A stretch of 64,000 nucleotides of DNA from Gammaproteobacteria bacterium (GTDB lineage: Bacteria; Pseudomonadota; Gammaproteobacteria; Steroidobacterales; Steroidobacteraceae): positions 1,989-65,988 of the forward strand of contig JANXZG010000048.1 of the NCBI GenBank assembly GCA_025355645.1. Direction: 5' to 3'. Shown one piece after another: positions 19,134-30,319 of the stretch. Position 1 is the first letter of the stretch. The number at the start of each line of letters is the position of its first letter. Position numbers and translations under genes: made by a program. Below the pieces are notes generated by a model that did not search any database, had not been told where the DNA came from, and saw only the letters and a list, made by a program, of their open reading frames with translations.

Positions 19134-20627
19134 ATGGATTTCAAGGCAATCGTCGACCCCCGATCACGTGGCCCGAGCGGATGCGCGGTATTTGGCGTAT
19201 TCGAAGGGGGCACGCTGGGGGAGTCTGGCAGGCTCAACGGGAAGATCGGCGGCGTGGTCAGTAAGCTGCACGCGGCGGGGGATTTTGCGGGCAAGGCGGG
19301 AGACTCGCTGTTGGTGACAAGGACGGCCGGATCGCGCGCCGCGCGCACCCTGTTGGTCGGTCTTGGACCCAAATCCGCCTTTGCGCGCAAGCAATATCGC
19401 AAGTCGATTGCGACAGCCGCTCACGCACTGGCGAAAACCGGTGCTGTGGATGCCACCTTCTATCTTGCCGCCGATGCGCACCCGGATCTGGACATGCAGT
19501 ACCGGGCCCGCATCGTGGCCGAGGTGATGCGCGGCCAGCTCTACAAGATCCCCGATCTCAAGACCAGCAAGAAACCGAAGGCGCCCCGGCTCAAGTTGAT
19601 TCGCGTCGCGGTGGCCGATGCGGCGTCGGCCAAGGCCGCGCAACGCGGGCTCGACCTTGGCGAAGCAATCGGCAATGGCGTGCAGTTGGCGCGCGACCTG
19701 GCGAACCTGCCACCCAATATCTGCACGCCGACCTACCTCGCCACGCGTGCCCAGCAATTAAGCCAGGAGTTCTCTTCGATCAAGGCGAACATCCTCGATG
19801 AGCGCCAGATCAAGGCGCTGAAGATGGGCGCATTCCTCGCAGTCACCGCCGGCTCCGCGCAACCGCCGCGCCTGATCGTATGCGAGTACATGGGCGGCGG
19901 CGCCAAGAAGTCGGTGATCTGCCTGATTGGCAAGGGCATCACCTTTGACTCCGGCGGCATATCACTGAAGGACCCGCTGGCCATGGACGAAATGAAGTTC
20001 GACATGTCGGGAGGCGCCACCGTGCTGGGCGCATTGCGCGCGGCTGCGGAGCTGCACCTGCCGCTGAATATCGTCGTGATCGTTGCGGCCTGCGAGAACC
20101 TGCCAAGCAGCACGGCGGTGAAGCCCTCCGATATCGTCACCTCGATGTCCGGGCAGACCATTGAGATCCTCAATACCGACGCCGAAGGCCGGCTGGTACT
20201 GTGCGACGCCATTACCTACAGCCGTCGCTACAAGCCTTCCACCGTGATCGACGTGGCCACGCTGACGGGTGCCTGTGTGGTCGCGCTTGGCCATCATTTA
20301 AGCGGCCTGATGAGTAATAACGAGGCGCTTGCCGACGAACTCGAAGCCGCGGGCACTCGTGCCGATGATCGCGCGTGGCGCATGCCGATCGGCGACGAAT
20401 ACGTCGACCAGCTGAAGAGCAATTTTGCCGATCTTGCCAATATCGGCGGGCGCGAAGGCGGCGCCTGCACGGCAGCCTCCTTCTTATGGAAATTCGCGAA
20501 GGATTTGAACTGGGCACATCTGGATGTGGCCGGCACCGCTTGGCAGGGCGGCGCGCAAAAAGGCAGCACGGGCCGGCCCGTACCGTTGCTGGTTGATTTC
20601 CTGATCAACCGCGCCCGGGGCCTATGA
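19134..20627 (+). CDS. pepA: Leucyl aminopeptidase (M17)
   Basis: GKGITFDSGGISLK, DMSGGA and NTDAEGRLVLCDA metal-site motifs. Conserved lptFG/pepA synteny. Confidence 0.95.
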   Translation: MDFKAIVDPRSRGPSGCAVFGVFEGGTLGESGRLNGKIGGVVSKLHAAGDFAGKAGDSLLVTRTAGSRAARTLLVGLGPKSAFARKQYRKSIATAAHALAKTGAVDATFYLAADAHPDLDMQYRARIVAEVMRGQLYKIPDLKTSKKPKAPRLKLIRVAVADAASAKAAQRGLDLGEAIGNGVQLARDLANLPPNICTPTYLATRAQQLSQEFSSIKANILDERQIKALKMGAFLAVTAGSAQPPRLIVCEYMGGGAKKSVICLIGKGITFDSGGISLKDPLAMDEMKFDMSGGATVLGALRAAAELHLPLNIVVIVAACENLPSSTAVKPSDIVTSMSGQTIEILNTDAEGRLVLCDAITYSRRYKPSTVIDVATLTGACVVALGHHLSGLMSNNEALADELEAAGTRADDRAWRMPIGDEYVDQLKSNFADLANIGGREGGACTAASFLWKFAKDLNWAHLDVAGTAWQGGAQKGSTGRPVPLLVDFLINRARGL

Positions 20628-20731
20628 CCGGCCAGGTCGATTTTTATGTGCTCGATAGCACAGCGCTGCCGAAGCTCGCACTGAAGAGGCACGAGGTCAG
20701 TGCGTCTGCCGATGCATTAGTGTCGCCTTGA
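20624..20731 (+). pseudogene. holC: 35-codon remnant of the DNA polymerase III chi subunit gene
   Basis: Hand-translated as [35 protein letters not shown]. It starts with an ATGA overlap on the pepA stop, in the holC position between pepA and valS. It carries the chi N-terminal VDFYVL signature but stops after 35 aa (chi is about 140 aa). Confidence 0.45.
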
Positions 20732-21087
20732 GTTCTTATACCTACGACGTGCGCGATATCCCGGTCCTGACCGACGCGGTTGATGTGACGGCGAGCGTCC
20801 CGGCAATCCCATGCATGCCTGCCGAGCCTTTGCCGGTGGTGCCTGACGACGAGGCGAAAGCAGCACCGATTGACGCCGCCGCGCTGCAGACGGCCATCAT
20901 CGAGGGCGCGCTACAGCTCGCCGATACGCTCACTAACCAGGCGGCCAAGGAAATCGAGACCCTGCTGTACGAGCGGGTGTTCGAACAGCTGCGCGCGCAG
21001 TTGCCGGCGCTCGTCGAGCGATCGGTTCGAATGCACCTGCCTGGCGACTCCGGCGACGCGGAAGAACCGGGCCAGCCGGATGGATAA
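20728..21087 (+). CDS. Hypothetical acidic protein upstream of valS
   Basis: Track ORF of 119 aa with a TTG start. Overlaps the valS start by 8 nt. No recognised motif. Confidence 0.45.
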   Translation: MSSYTYDVRDIPVLTDAVDVTASVPAIPCMPAEPLPVVPDDEAKAAPIDAAALQTAIIEGALQLADTLTNQAAKEIETLLYERVFEQLRAQLPALVERSVRMHLPGDSGDAEEPGQPDG

Positions 21088-23848
21088 GGCCTACTCCCCA
21101 GCCGACATCGAGTCGCGTATCTACCGGCGCTGGGAAGAGCTGGGCTGCTTCATGCCCAGCGGCAAGGGGCAGACGTACTCGATCGTCATTCCGCCGCCGA
21201 ACGTGACCGGCACGCTGCATATGGGCCATGCGTTCCAGGATACGATCATGGACGCGCTGATACGCTACCACCGCATGCGCGGCTTCGACACGCTATGGCA
21301 ACCCGGGACTGATCATGCCGGCATCGCGACTCAGATGGTCGTCGAGCGGCAGCTGCATGCGGAAGGCAAGAGCCGCGCCGCGCTCGGACGCGACGCCTTC
21401 GTTGCGCGCGTGTGGCAATGGAAGACCCAGTCCGGCGGACTGATCGCCCACCAGCTGCGACGCCTGGGCGCATCGGTCGACTGGACGCGCGATCGCTTCA
21501 CGATGGATCCAGGACTGTCGGGCGCGGTCACCGAGGTCTTTGTACGATTGCATGCGGAAGGGCTGATCTACCGCGGCAAGCGCCTGGTGAACTGGGATCC
21601 CGTGCTGAAGACCGCGCTCTCCGACCTTGAAGTCGCCGCCGAGGAGGAACAGGGGAGCCTGTGGCACCTGCGCTACCCACTGGTCGACGGGACAGGCTAC
21701 CTCGTGGTCGCGACCACTCGCCCAGAGACGATGCTGGGGGACACCGCGGTCGCTGTGCACCCCGATGACGAACGCTACCGTCACCTGATCGGCAGGCAAG
21801 TGCGCCTGCCGCTTGCCGGGCGGGCCATCCCGATCATTGGCGATAGCTACGTCGACCCTGCATTCGGCAGCGGCTGCGTGAAGATCACGCCCGCCCATGA
21901 CTTCAACGACTATGAAGTTGGCTTGCGCCATGGCCTGCCAATGCTCAATATTATGACCCCGTCGGCGGCGCTGAATGATGAAGTGCCGGCGGCCTACCGA
22001 GGTCTAGATCGCGTCCTCGCCCGCGAGCGCGTCGTGGCCGATATGCAGTCGGTCGGGCTCGTCGAGCGCATCGAACCGCACCGCCTTACGGTGCCGCGCG
22101 GCGATCGCAGCCACGCCATCCTCGAGCCGCTGCTGACCGATCAGTGGTTCGTGAAGATCGCGCCGCTCGCCGCGCCTGCGCTGGCGGCTGTCGAGCAGGG
22201 CCTTATTAAATTCGTGCCCGAGAACTGGAGCGCGGTCTATTACGAATGGATGCGCAACATCAAAGACTGGTGCATCAGTCGCCAGCTGTGGTGGGGCCAT
22301 CGCATCCCGGCCTGGTACGACCCGGACGGGCGGCCCTACGTCGGCCGCAACGAGGCCGAAGTGCGCGAGGTACATGGCCTTGGCGCCTCCCTGCCGCTGC
22401 GCCAGGATGAGGATGTGCTCGACACGTGGTTCTCCTCCGCACTGTGGCCTTTCTCGACTCAGGGCTGGCCCGAGGCGACCCGCGACCTGTCGACCTATTA
22501 TCCGACCTCGGTACTGGTCACGGGCTTTGACATCATTTTTTTCTGGGTCGCCCGCATGATCATGATGGGCTTGAAGTTCACCGGCAAGGTGCCGTTCCAC
22601 CAGGTTTACGTGCATGGCCTGATCCGCGATCACGACGGCCAGAAGATGTCGAAATCCAAGGGCAACGTGATCGATCCGCTGGATATCGTGGACGGCATAT
22701 CCCTCGCCGATCTACTCGCGAAACGCACGACTGGCCTCATGCAGCCACAGATGCAGCCGGCAATCGAAAAGGCCACGCGGCGGCAGTATCCGCAGGGCAT
22801 CGCGCCCTACGGCACGGATGCACTACGCCTGAGCTTCGCCTCGCTGGCGACGCAAAGCCGCGACCTGCGTTTTGACATGGCACGCGTGCAGAACTATCGC
22901 AACTTTTGCAACAAGCTGTGGAACGGCGCGCGTTATGTACTGATGAATGTAGAGGGCCAGGACCTCAAGCGCGATGATGCGCAGTTCAGCCTGCCGGACC
23001 GCTGGATCCGCGCGCGACTGCGTGCCACGATCGAGCGGGTGCAGGCGGGCTTCGCGGAGTACCGGCTCGATGTCGCGGCGGCGGCGCTGTATGAGTTCAC
23101 GTGGAACGATTTCTGCGATTGGTACCTGGAGCTTTCGAAGGCGGTGCTGCAGTCGGAAAAATCCAGCGAGGCGCACAGGCGCGGGGCGCGCCTGACCCTG
23201 ATTGACACCCTCGAGCAGTTGCTGCGCACGCTGCACCCGCTCGCGCCGTTCATCACCGATGAGATCTGGATGCGGGTACGCGATCACGCCGGTGTCACTG
23301 GCGAGACCGTGATGCGAGCGCCGTTTCCAAAGGCAGAAGAAGTGCCCGCGGATGCGGACGCCGAGCGCGAGATGAGCTGGGTGCGCACGTTCATCCTGGG
23401 CTTGCGCCAGATCCGTGGGGAGATGGACATAGCGCCCACGCGCCGCATTGATGTGCTGCTGCGCGGGCCCGGTGCACTCGATCATCGGTACCTGGAGCGC
23501 AACCGCGGGCTGCTCGAGCGCCTCGCCGGCATCGGCACGCTGGGGATGCTGGAACCGGGGCAAGCCGGTCCGATAGCCGCGGTTGCGCTGCTCGGCACGC
23601 TGGAGATTCTCGTGCCGATGGCAGGATTGATCGATCCGCAGGCGGAAATGGAGCGCCTTTCGAGACGCCAGCGCAAGATTGACAACGATATCGACAAGCT
23701 TCAGGCAAAACTTTCGGATCAGAAGTTCGCGGCCAATGCGCCGCCGGAAGTCGTCGCCAAAGACACGCAGCGCCTGGCCGAACTGCAGCTCGAAACCGGC
23801 CAGCTCGCCGCGCAGGCCGCGCGCGTCCGTGCGTTGCTTACCAAGTGA
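21080..23848 (+). CDS. valS: Valine--tRNA ligase
   Basis: Trimmed to [24 protein letters not shown]-type motif [14 protein letters not shown] and KMSKSKGN. C-terminal coiled coil. Confidence 0.97.
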   Translation: MDKAYSPADIESRIYRRWEELGCFMPSGKGQTYSIVIPPPNVTGTLHMGHAFQDTIMDALIRYHRMRGFDTLWQPGTDHAGIATQMVVERQLHAEGKSRAALGRDAFVARVWQWKTQSGGLIAHQLRRLGASVDWTRDRFTMDPGLSGAVTEVFVRLHAEGLIYRGKRLVNWDPVLKTALSDLEVAAEEEQGSLWHLRYPLVDGTGYLVVATTRPETMLGDTAVAVHPDDERYRHLIGRQVRLPLAGRAIPIIGDSYVDPAFGSGCVKITPAHDFNDYEVGLRHGLPMLNIMTPSAALNDEVPAAYRGLDRVLARERVVADMQSVGLVERIEPHRLTVPRGDRSHAILEPLLTDQWFVKIAPLAAPALAAVEQGLIKFVPENWSAVYYEWMRNIKDWCISRQLWWGHRIPAWYDPDGRPYVGRNEAEVREVHGLGASLPLRQDEDVLDTWFSSALWPFSTQGWPEATRDLSTYYPTSVLVTGFDIIFFWVARMIMMGLKFTGKVPFHQVYVHGLIRDHDGQKMSKSKGNVIDPLDIVDGISLADLLAKRTTGLMQPQMQPAIEKATRRQYPQGIAPYGTDALRLSFASLATQSRDLRFDMARVQNYRNFCNKLWNGARYVLMNVEGQDLKRDDAQFSLPDRWIRARLRATIERVQAGFAEYRLDVAAAALYEFTWNDFCDWYLELSKAVLQSEKSSEAHRRGARLTLIDTLEQLLRTLHPLAPFITDEIWMRVRDHAGVTGETVMRAPFPKAEEVPADADAEREMSWVRTFILGLRQIRGEMDIAPTRRIDVLLRGPGALDHRYLERNRGLLERLAGIGTLGMLEPGQAGPIAAVALLGTLEILVPMAGLIDPQAEMERLSRRQRKIDNDIDKLQAKLSDQKFAANAPPEVVAKDTQRLAELQLETGQLAAQAARVRALLTK

Positions 23849-24756
23849 GCGATTCGCCGGCCAAAGTTGCTGCGGTCCTCGCACAACTCGATCGGGTCAT
23901 ACTCGGCAAGGGGCAGCAGCTGCGCCTGTGCCTCGCGTGCCTGCTGGCAAGGGGTCACCTGCTGATCGAAGATATCCCCGGCGTCGGCAAGACCATGCTC
24001 GCCCATGCACTCGCGAAAACCCTGGGGCTATCGCTGCAGCGAATTCAGTTCACCAGCGACCTGCTGCCGTCCGATGTGCTGGGCGTGTCCGTGTTTGACC
24101 GCAATTCCGGCGAGTTCCGCTTTCAGCATGGACCGATCTTCTCGCAGCTGGTCCTCGCCGACGAGATCAACCGCGCTTCGCCGAAATCGCAGAGCGCGCT
24201 GCTCGAGGCAATGGAGGAACATCAGGTCACGCTCGATGGCAAGACGATGGCGCTGCCGGATCCTTTCTTTGTAATCGCCACGCAAAATCCTCTGGACCAG
24301 GCGGGCACCTTCCCGTTGCCGGAATCGCAGCTGGATCGCTTCCTGATGCGCGTGCACCTGGGCTACCCAGCGGCGGCCGAAGAGCGCGAGCTTTTGCATG
24401 GGACCGACCGACGGGAACTGGTCGCAACGCTCGGCGCGGTGCTGGACCAGCACAGCCTGCGCGAGCTTCAACGCCAGGTGCTCGCAATGCACATCTCCCC
24501 AGCGCTGCTCGACTACGTCCAGGCGCTGGTTGCGCACACGCGCAACCGCCTCGATGTGCGCCATGGCCTCTCGCCGCGCGCGGCGATCGGCCTGGTGCGA
24601 GCCGCCCGCGCCTGGACCTTGATCGAGGGCCGCAGCGCGGTAACCCCTGAGCATGTGCAGGCGGTATTCGCTGCGGTCGTCGAACACAGGATTCGGCACG
24701 ACGCAGCCTCCACCGGACTTGCCACGCGCCTGCTCGAGGCCGTGCCCATCCCGTGA
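23845..24756 (+). CDS. MoxR-family AAA+ ATPase
   Basis: Walker A DIPGVGKT and Walker [13 protein letters not shown] start overlaps the valS stop (GTGA). Confidence 0.9.
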   Translation: MSDSPAKVAAVLAQLDRVILGKGQQLRLCLACLLARGHLLIEDIPGVGKTMLAHALAKTLGLSLQRIQFTSDLLPSDVLGVSVFDRNSGEFRFQHGPIFSQLVLADEINRASPKSQSALLEAMEEHQVTLDGKTMALPDPFFVIATQNPLDQAGTFPLPESQLDRFLMRVHLGYPAAAEERELLHGTDRRELVATLGAVLDQHSLRELQRQVLAMHISPALLDYVQALVAHTRNRLDVRHGLSPRAAIGLVRAARAWTLIEGRSAVTPEHVQAVFAAVVEHRIRHDAASTGLATRLLEAVPIP

Positions 24757-25745
24757 ACCGGCTGCGCATCGCGGCAGCGACGCGCCTGCGCACCTGGGCG
24801 GCCCGCAAACATGGCCAAGATCTCCTGCCGCACCGGATCGGCGTGCGGCGCATCTACATTCTGCCGACCGGCCGGGGCCTGCTGTTCGCCGCGCTGGTCC
24901 TCGCCATGCTATTGGCCGGGCTTAACTACAATAGCAACTTGGGCCTTGCCTTCGGATTCCTCATGGCTAGTATGGCCATGGTTGCCATGCATCACTGCCA
25001 CCGCAACCTGCTAGGCCTTGCAGTGGATTTCAGTGCGCAGAGCGATGGATTCGCGGGCGCCTCGTCAGCCCTCGAATTCCTACTGCAGAACGATTCCGGC
25101 GCGGACCGCTATGACATCGACATCCGTTGCGCATCCGGAGCGCCAGGGGCGGTGGTGGCCGACATAGCCATTTCGGTTGGGGCGGGGGCAAGCCGGATTG
25201 CGCGCCTTATGCTGCCAACTCCGGTGCGTGGGCTGCTGACCCTGAATGCCTGCGAACTGCGCACGAGATACCCGCTCGGCTGGTTTCGCGCTTGGACCTA
25301 TGTGCATGCACCGCTGGCGGTGTATGTAGCGCCCCGACCGCAGGGCCGCAAGTCAGTGCCGCCGCTGCCGGGCGAACTGGGCACCGCCGCGGCCATGAGC
25401 CGGCGCCGCGGAGAGGACGATTTCGCGGGCCTTGGGCCGTACACGCCCGGCATGCCGCTGAAGCACATGGCCTGGAAGACGCTGGCGCGCGGCGGGGAGG
25501 CTGCGGTGCGCAATTACCTGGATGCGGCAGGCAGCCCACAATGGCTCGACTGGGACATGCTCGCCGACTACTCCCCGGAAGCGCGGCTATCGCAGTTGTG
25601 CCGCTGGGTGCTGGACCACGAGGCAGCCGGCAGGCCCTATGGACTTCGACTGCCGCAGCTTGAACTTGCCCCTGACATCGGCGATGAGCATCGCCTCGCC
25701 TGCCTGCGAGCGCTCGCAATCTGCCCCGCGCAGGCTTCTGCTTGA
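24753..25745 (+). CDS. DUF58 domain protein (MoxR partner)
   Basis: Two N-terminal TM segments and the DUF58-type motif GEDDFAGLGPYTPGMPLKHMAWKTLAR. GTGA overlap with moxR. Confidence 0.8.
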   Translation: MNRLRIAAATRLRTWAARKHGQDLLPHRIGVRRIYILPTGRGLLFAALVLAMLLAGLNYNSNLGLAFGFLMASMAMVAMHHCHRNLLGLAVDFSAQSDGFAGASSALEFLLQNDSGADRYDIDIRCASGAPGAVVADIAISVGAGASRIARLMLPTPVRGLLTLNACELRTRYPLGWFRAWTYVHAPLAVYVAPRPQGRKSVPPLPGELGTAAAMSRRRGEDDFAGLGPYTPGMPLKHMAWKTLARGGEAAVRNYLDAAGSPQWLDWDMLADYSPEARLSQLCRWVLDHEAAGRPYGLRLPQLELAPDIGDEHRLACLRALAICPAQASA

Positions 25746-27730
25746 GTGCCACGATTCACGACGGCCGCGGGCAGGCTATGCCGATGCAGGCTCTGTTGTG
25801 GGCGGCCGCGTGCTGCGTGCTGGCCGCCGGCGCCAACCTGCGGGCGGTGCCCATCTGGGTGCTCGCTACGGCCTTCGCCGCGGGGGGCGCCCGGCTCCTG
25901 CTCGCCAGGCGCGGCTCGGGTCCGCCGCCGCCGATGGTACTGGTGCCGGTGGCGGCCCTTGCCATCTTCGCGCTGCTGCTCAAGTTTCGTACCTTCAATG
26001 GGGTCACCGCTGGAACTGCGCTGCTGTGCTTGATGGCGGGCCTGAAGCTGCTCGAGACGCGCGCGCCGCGCGATTTGCACGTGATCGTCCTGATCATTTA
26101 TTTTCTTTGCCTTGCTGCCCTGCTTCACAGCGAGTCATTCTGGCTGCTGGTCTATGTCATCGGCGTGTGCTGGCTGGCCACGGCCATGCTGTTGCAGCAG
26201 ACCGTCACGCGGCCTGGCCCTACCTGGCGCATGGGTCTGCGCCATGCGTCGCGCATACTCGCGCACGCGCTACCGCTCGCCTTCTTTTTATGGCTGCTGT
26301 TTCCGAGACTCGCGGAACCGCTGTGGCAAGTTCGCGACGAAGGCAGCACCGCCACCACGGGCTTGTCAGACACAATGGACCCGGGCGACATATCCAACCT
26401 CGTGCTATCCGACGACATCGCCTTTCGCGCGCACTTCGCCGGCGCAGTGCCGATGGTGCGAAACCGCTACTGGCGCGGACCCGTGCTGGAGGAATTTGAC
26501 GGGCGCACGTGGCGCCGCAACGACCGGCCGGCCTATGCCAGCGCGGCCACTGCACCGCCGCCGTCGGGCTCCCTTGTCTATGCCTATTCGATCGGCCTCG
26601 AGCCCTATCCGCACAACTGGATCTACGCGCTCGACCGGCCAGTGCGCTGGGACCTCGAACATGCGCGGCTGAGCGACAGTGGCGTGCTCGAGCGGCGCGA
26701 TCCGGTCTCCCAGCCCATCGATGTGGTGATGACGTCGGTCGCCGGTGCGACAACCGCCGGCGCCCTGGCGCACTATCAACGCGCCCGCGATCTTGCGCTG
26801 CCGCCCGGGCGTAACCCGCGCACTGCGGAGCTCGCGCGCCAAATGCGCGCCACGCACCCGGATGAGCGCGACTACGCGCGAAGCGTGCTGGGCATGCTGC
26901 ATGACCAGGCGTTTTACTATGTGCTGACCCCGCCGCGCCTTGGTCAGAACTCGGTCGATGATTTCATGTTTGAATCCCGACGTGGGTTTTGCGGCCATTA
27001 TGCATCGGCATTCGCGGTTATGATGCGTGCTGCCGGCATTCCCGCCCGCGTGGTCACCGGGTACCTCGGTGGCCAGGAAAACCCCTACGGTGGCTACTGG
27101 ATCGTGCGCCAGAGTGATGCCCACGCCTGGGTTGAGATCTGGGTCGAGGGCAGCGGCTGGCTGCGCATCGATCCGACTGCCGCCATCGCGAGTGCGCGCG
27201 TGGAGCAGCAGGGGTCGGTGGACAATGTGAACGCCCTGCTCGGCATCGACCTGCACCTGCGCGGATCATGGCTTGCGGATATCGGCTTGCGCGTCGATGC
27301 GTTGCGCCAGATCTGGCGCGAACGAATCCTGCAATTCGACCAGAGCGCACAGCAATCACTGCTCCAGCAACTATCAGTTCCGCTGCCGGACACGGGCAAG
27401 TTCGCACTGCTGCTGGCAATATGCGTCGGTAGTGCGTTCGCTTGGATGAGCTGGCAGGCGCGCCGGGAATTCAGTGCGCCATCGCGCGACCGGGCGGTGC
27501 GCGCATTTGAGCGCCTGTGCGAGCGCCTCGCCAAAGTTGGGCTGCGACGCGATGCGCATGAGGGAGCCGAGGCATTTGCCGCGCGCATCGGTCTGGCTCG
27601 ACCGGAGCTTGGGCCCGCGCTACGCGAACTGATGCGCCAGTATTCCGAGCTGCGCTATGGCGAGGATGCGCGGGACCGCGCGGCGGTCAAGCGCCTGGCG
27701 CGCTCGATGCGCGCCTTGCGTTTGAGTTAA
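25742..27730 (+). CDS. tgpA: Transglutaminase-domain membrane protein (TgpA-like)
   Basis: N-terminal polytopic region followed by the transglutaminase core: FCGHYASAFAVMMRAAGIPARVVTGY, DAHAWVEIW, WLRIDPT. The start is uncertain (TTG at 25742, or ATG at 25778 / 25784). Confidence 0.85.
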   Translation: MSATIHDGRGQAMPMQALLWAAACCVLAAGANLRAVPIWVLATAFAAGGARLLLARRGSGPPPPMVLVPVAALAIFALLLKFRTFNGVTAGTALLCLMAGLKLLETRAPRDLHVIVLIIYFLCLAALLHSESFWLLVYVIGVCWLATAMLLQQTVTRPGPTWRMGLRHASRILAHALPLAFFLWLLFPRLAEPLWQVRDEGSTATTGLSDTMDPGDISNLVLSDDIAFRAHFAGAVPMVRNRYWRGPVLEEFDGRTWRRNDRPAYASAATAPPPSGSLVYAYSIGLEPYPHNWIYALDRPVRWDLEHARLSDSGVLERRDPVSQPIDVVMTSVAGATTAGALAHYQRARDLALPPGRNPRTAELARQMRATHPDERDYARSVLGMLHDQAFYYVLTPPRLGQNSVDDFMFESRRGFCGHYASAFAVMMRAAGIPARVVTGYLGGQENPYGGYWIVRQSDAHAWVEIWVEGSGWLRIDPTAAIASARVEQQGSVDNVNALLGIDLHLRGSWLADIGLRVDALRQIWRERILQFDQSAQQSLLQQLSVPLPDTGKFALLLAICVGSAFAWMSWQARREFSAPSRDRAVRAFERLCERLAKVGLRRDAHEGAEAFAARIGLARPELGPALRELMRQYSELRYGEDARDRAAVKRLARSMRALRLS

Positions 27731-27756
27731 AGTGCCTACAGTCCGGAGTCGCTCAT

Positions 27757-28236
27757 ATGGCTGTTATGAAACGAGTATGGTCACCGCTCATCGTCTCACT
27801 GGCGCTCGCGTTCGCCTCAGCGCCCTTCGCTGCCGTGCCCGATATTTATCCTGCGCCGCAGCTGGCCGCGTCCGACCTCGCGGCTGCACTGCGGAGCGCT
27901 GCAAGCACGCATCGGCGCGTGATCCTTGATTTTGGCGGCAACTGGTGCCCCGATTGCCATGTACTGGACGGCTATTTTCACGATGCCGTGAACGGGCCGA
28001 TCCTTGCGGCGCATTTCCTGGTCGTCCACATCAATGTTGGCGACTATAACCAAAATCTTGACCTGGCCCAGCGCTACGCCGTGCCCCTGAAAAAAGGCGT
28101 GCCGGCGCTCGCCGTGCTGGATGGCGCGGGCAGGCTGCTATATACCCAACAGGACGGCGAATTCCAGGCTATGCGCCGCATGCAATCGGGCGCAGTCACG
28201 CAATTCCTGCAGCAGTGGATGGCTCCGGCGTCCTAG
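27757..28236 (+). CDS. Secreted thioredoxin-fold protein (CPDC active site)
   Basis: Signal peptide [22 protein letters not shown] and the motif [14 protein letters not shown]. Confidence 0.75.
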   Translation: MAVMKRVWSPLIVSLALAFASAPFAAVPDIYPAPQLAASDLAAALRSAASTHRRVILDFGGNWCPDCHVLDGYFHDAVNGPILAAHFLVVHINVGDYNQNLDLAQRYAVPLKKGVPALAVLDGAGRLLYTQQDGEFQAMRRMQSGAVTQFLQQWMAPAS

Positions 28237-29834
28237 GGCGCCAGATTCTCGCGGGTATTGCGAAACTCGATCTCCGGCCACCGTTCCTCGGTCAGGCCCA
28301 GGTTCACGCGCGTCGGCGCGAGGTAGACGAGCTCGCCACCATGGTCGAGCGCGAGGTTCTCGTACGCCTTGGTGCGAAACTCCCCTAGGCGCTTCTCGTC
28401 GCCGCATAGGACCCAGCGGGCGATCACGACGTTGACGGGTTCGAAGACGCACTGCACGCCATATTCATCCTGCAACCTGAATGCCACGACCTCGAACTGC
28501 AGCTGCCCGATCGCGCCCAGGATCATGTCGTTGTTGCGCAATGGCTTGAATAGCTGCGTGGCGCCCTCCTCGCATAACTGCGACAGGCCTTTTTGAAGTG
28601 CCTTCATGCGCAGCGGGTCTTTCAGCTGCGCGCGGCGAAACAGTTCCGGCGCGAAATTCGGCACTCCGGTGAAATTCAGCTGCTCGCCTTCCGTGAAGGT
28701 GTCGCCGATATTGATCGTGCCGTGATTATGCAGGCCAATGATATCCCCGGCGTAGGCCTCCTCAGTCTGGCTGCGGTCGGCGGCAAGAAAGGTCAGCGCG
28801 TCTGCCACGCGGATATCCTTGCCCAGGCGCACATGGCGCATCCTCATGCCCCGGGCATAGCGGCCGGAACACAGGCGCATGAATGCGATGCGGTCGCGAT
28901 GGCCGGGGTCCATATTGGCCTGAATCTTGAACACGAAGCCGGAAAGCTTGGGCTCATCGGCGCGGACCTCGCGCTGCAGCGTCGGGCGCGTTTGCGGACC
29001 GGGGGAGTGACGGACAAAGGCCGACAGCAATTCGCGCACGCCGAAATTATTGACCGCGGAGCCGAAGAACACCGGCGTCTGGTTCGCATCCCGGTATTTT
29101 TGCAGGTCGAACGCAGGGCTGGCGCCTCGGACAAGATCGACCTCCTCGACGAAGGCGCCATAGCGCTCGCCCAGGAACTCGCGCGCCGCATCGCTCTCGA
29201 GCGCCTCGATCGCCTCGTGGCTGCCGGCTCGGCCTTTCGCGGCCGGCAGGTATACATAAATCCGGTCGTCGAGCAGATGATAGACGCCCAGCAGGTCACG
29301 GCCCATGCCTATCGGCCAGGTCACCGGCGTGCACTGGATCTTCAGCACCGATTCGACTTCGTCGAGCAGCTCGATCGGCGGCCGCCCGTCCCGATCGAGC
29401 TTGTTGATGAACGTCATGATCGGCGTATCGCGCAGGCGGCATACGTCCATCAACTTGATCGTGCGTTCCTCGACACCCTTGGCGCAATCGATGACCATCA
29501 GCGCCGAGTCAACTGCGGTCAGTGTCCGATAGGTGTCCTCAGAAAAATCCTCATGACCCGGGGTGTCGAGCAGGTTCACGATGCACTCGTCGAACGGGAA
29601 CTGCATGACCGAGGAGGTAACCGAGATACCGCGCTGCTGTTCGAGGCGCATCCAGTCGGAGGTTGCATGGCGCGTCGCCTTGCGGCCCTTGACGGTGCCC
29701 GCCATCTGGATGGCACCGCCAAACAGGAGCAGCTTCTCCGTTAGCGTGGTCTTCCCGGCGTCCGGATGCGAAATGATCGCAAAGGTGCGGCGGCGCGCAA
29801 TCTCGCGCCTGATATCAGCCGTCGGGTCGCTCAC
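28233..29834 (-). CDS. prfC: Peptide chain release factor 3
   Basis: The track ORF (658 aa) is over-extended. The real start is the GTG at 29834 ([30 protein letters not shown]), overlapping the rimI stop as GTGA. G-motifs [12 protein letters not shown] and NKLD. 533 aa. Confidence 0.93.
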   Translation of the reverse strand: MSDPTADIRREIARRRTFAIISHPDAGKTTLTEKLLLFGGAIQMAGTVKGRKATRHATSDWMRLEQQRGISVTSSVMQFPFDECIVNLLDTPGHEDFSEDTYRTLTAVDSALMVIDCAKGVEERTIKLMDVCRLRDTPIMTFINKLDRDGRPPIELLDEVESVLKIQCTPVTWPIGMGRDLLGVYHLLDDRIYVYLPAAKGRAGSHEAIEALESDAAREFLGERYGAFVEEVDLVRGASPAFDLQKYRDANQTPVFFGSAVNNFGVRELLSAFVRHSPGPQTRPTLQREVRADEPKLSGFVFKIQANMDPGHRDRIAFMRLCSGRYARGMRMRHVRLGKDIRVADALTFLAADRSQTEEAYAGDIIGLHNHGTINIGDTFTEGEQLNFTGVPNFAPELFRRAQLKDPLRMKALQKGLSQLCEEGATQLFKPLRNNDMILGAIGQLQFEVVAFRLQDEYGVQCVFEPVNVVIARWVLCGDEKRLGEFRTKAYENLALDHGGELVYLAPTRVNLGLTEERWPEIEFRNTRENLAP

Positions 29835-30319
29835 TCGGGGATCGCCGCCAGCGCACAGCGAAGCACCGAGGCGTCTTCGCGCCCCGCGGGAGCCTGGTAG
29901 TATCCGCGTCGCACGCCGATCTGCTCGAAGCCCAAGGCGTGATACAGCCGGCTCGCGGTCAGGTTCGATGGGCGCACCTCGAGAAAGGCCTCTTGCATGC
30001 CGAGCGCGCGCGCGCGCCGCATCAGGTACAACATCAGCGTGCGCCCCAGCCCGCGGCAGCGGAAATCGACCGCGACGCAGACGTTCAGTATGTGGGCTTC
30101 GCCCGCACCCACCGACATGATGCCGTAGCCGGCAAGCAGGCCGCCGACAGCGACCACTCGGCAGGTATAACCCACGCGCAGGCAGTCGCGAAAGATCCCT
30201 TCGCTCCACGGGAATTGGTAACCCAGGCGCTCGATCTCGATGACCGCAGGCACATCGAGGTCATGCATCGCGCGGATCTCGTCCGCCGGGAACAACTCTT
30301 CTCGCTTGACACTAGACAC
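29831..30319 (-). CDS. rimI: Ribosomal-protein-alanine N-acetyltransferase
   Basis: GNAT fold with RimI-like [17 protein letters not shown] and [10 protein letters not shown] motifs. The start is uncertain (GTG at 30319 or TTG at 30340). Confidence 0.8.
   Translation of the reverse strand: MSSVKREELFPADEIRAMHDLDVPAVIEIERLGYQFPWSEGIFRDCLRVGYTCRVVAVGGLLAGYGIMSVGAGEAHILNVCVAVDFRCRGLGRTLMLYLMRRARALGMQEAFLEVRPSNLTASRLYHALGFEQIGVRRGYYQAPAGREDASVLRCALAAIPE

Noticed and set aside
22823-23884. 353-aa minus-strand ORF
   Set aside because: Antisense to valS, with no recognisable motifs and a GC-rich shadow-frame composition.
28593-29744. 383-aa plus-strand ORF
   Set aside because: Antisense to prfC (clear GTPase motifs on the minus strand). 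A shadow ORF.
28233-30209. A 658-aa reading of the prfC ORF (and similar long N-terminal extensions of valS 20870, apbC 42087, rfbC-like 4617, purM 37041, aceE 57270)
   Set aside because: The extensions overlap the real upstream genes (for example rimI) and are Arg/Pro-rich. Conserved N-termini and 4-nt start/stop overlaps identify the internal starts.
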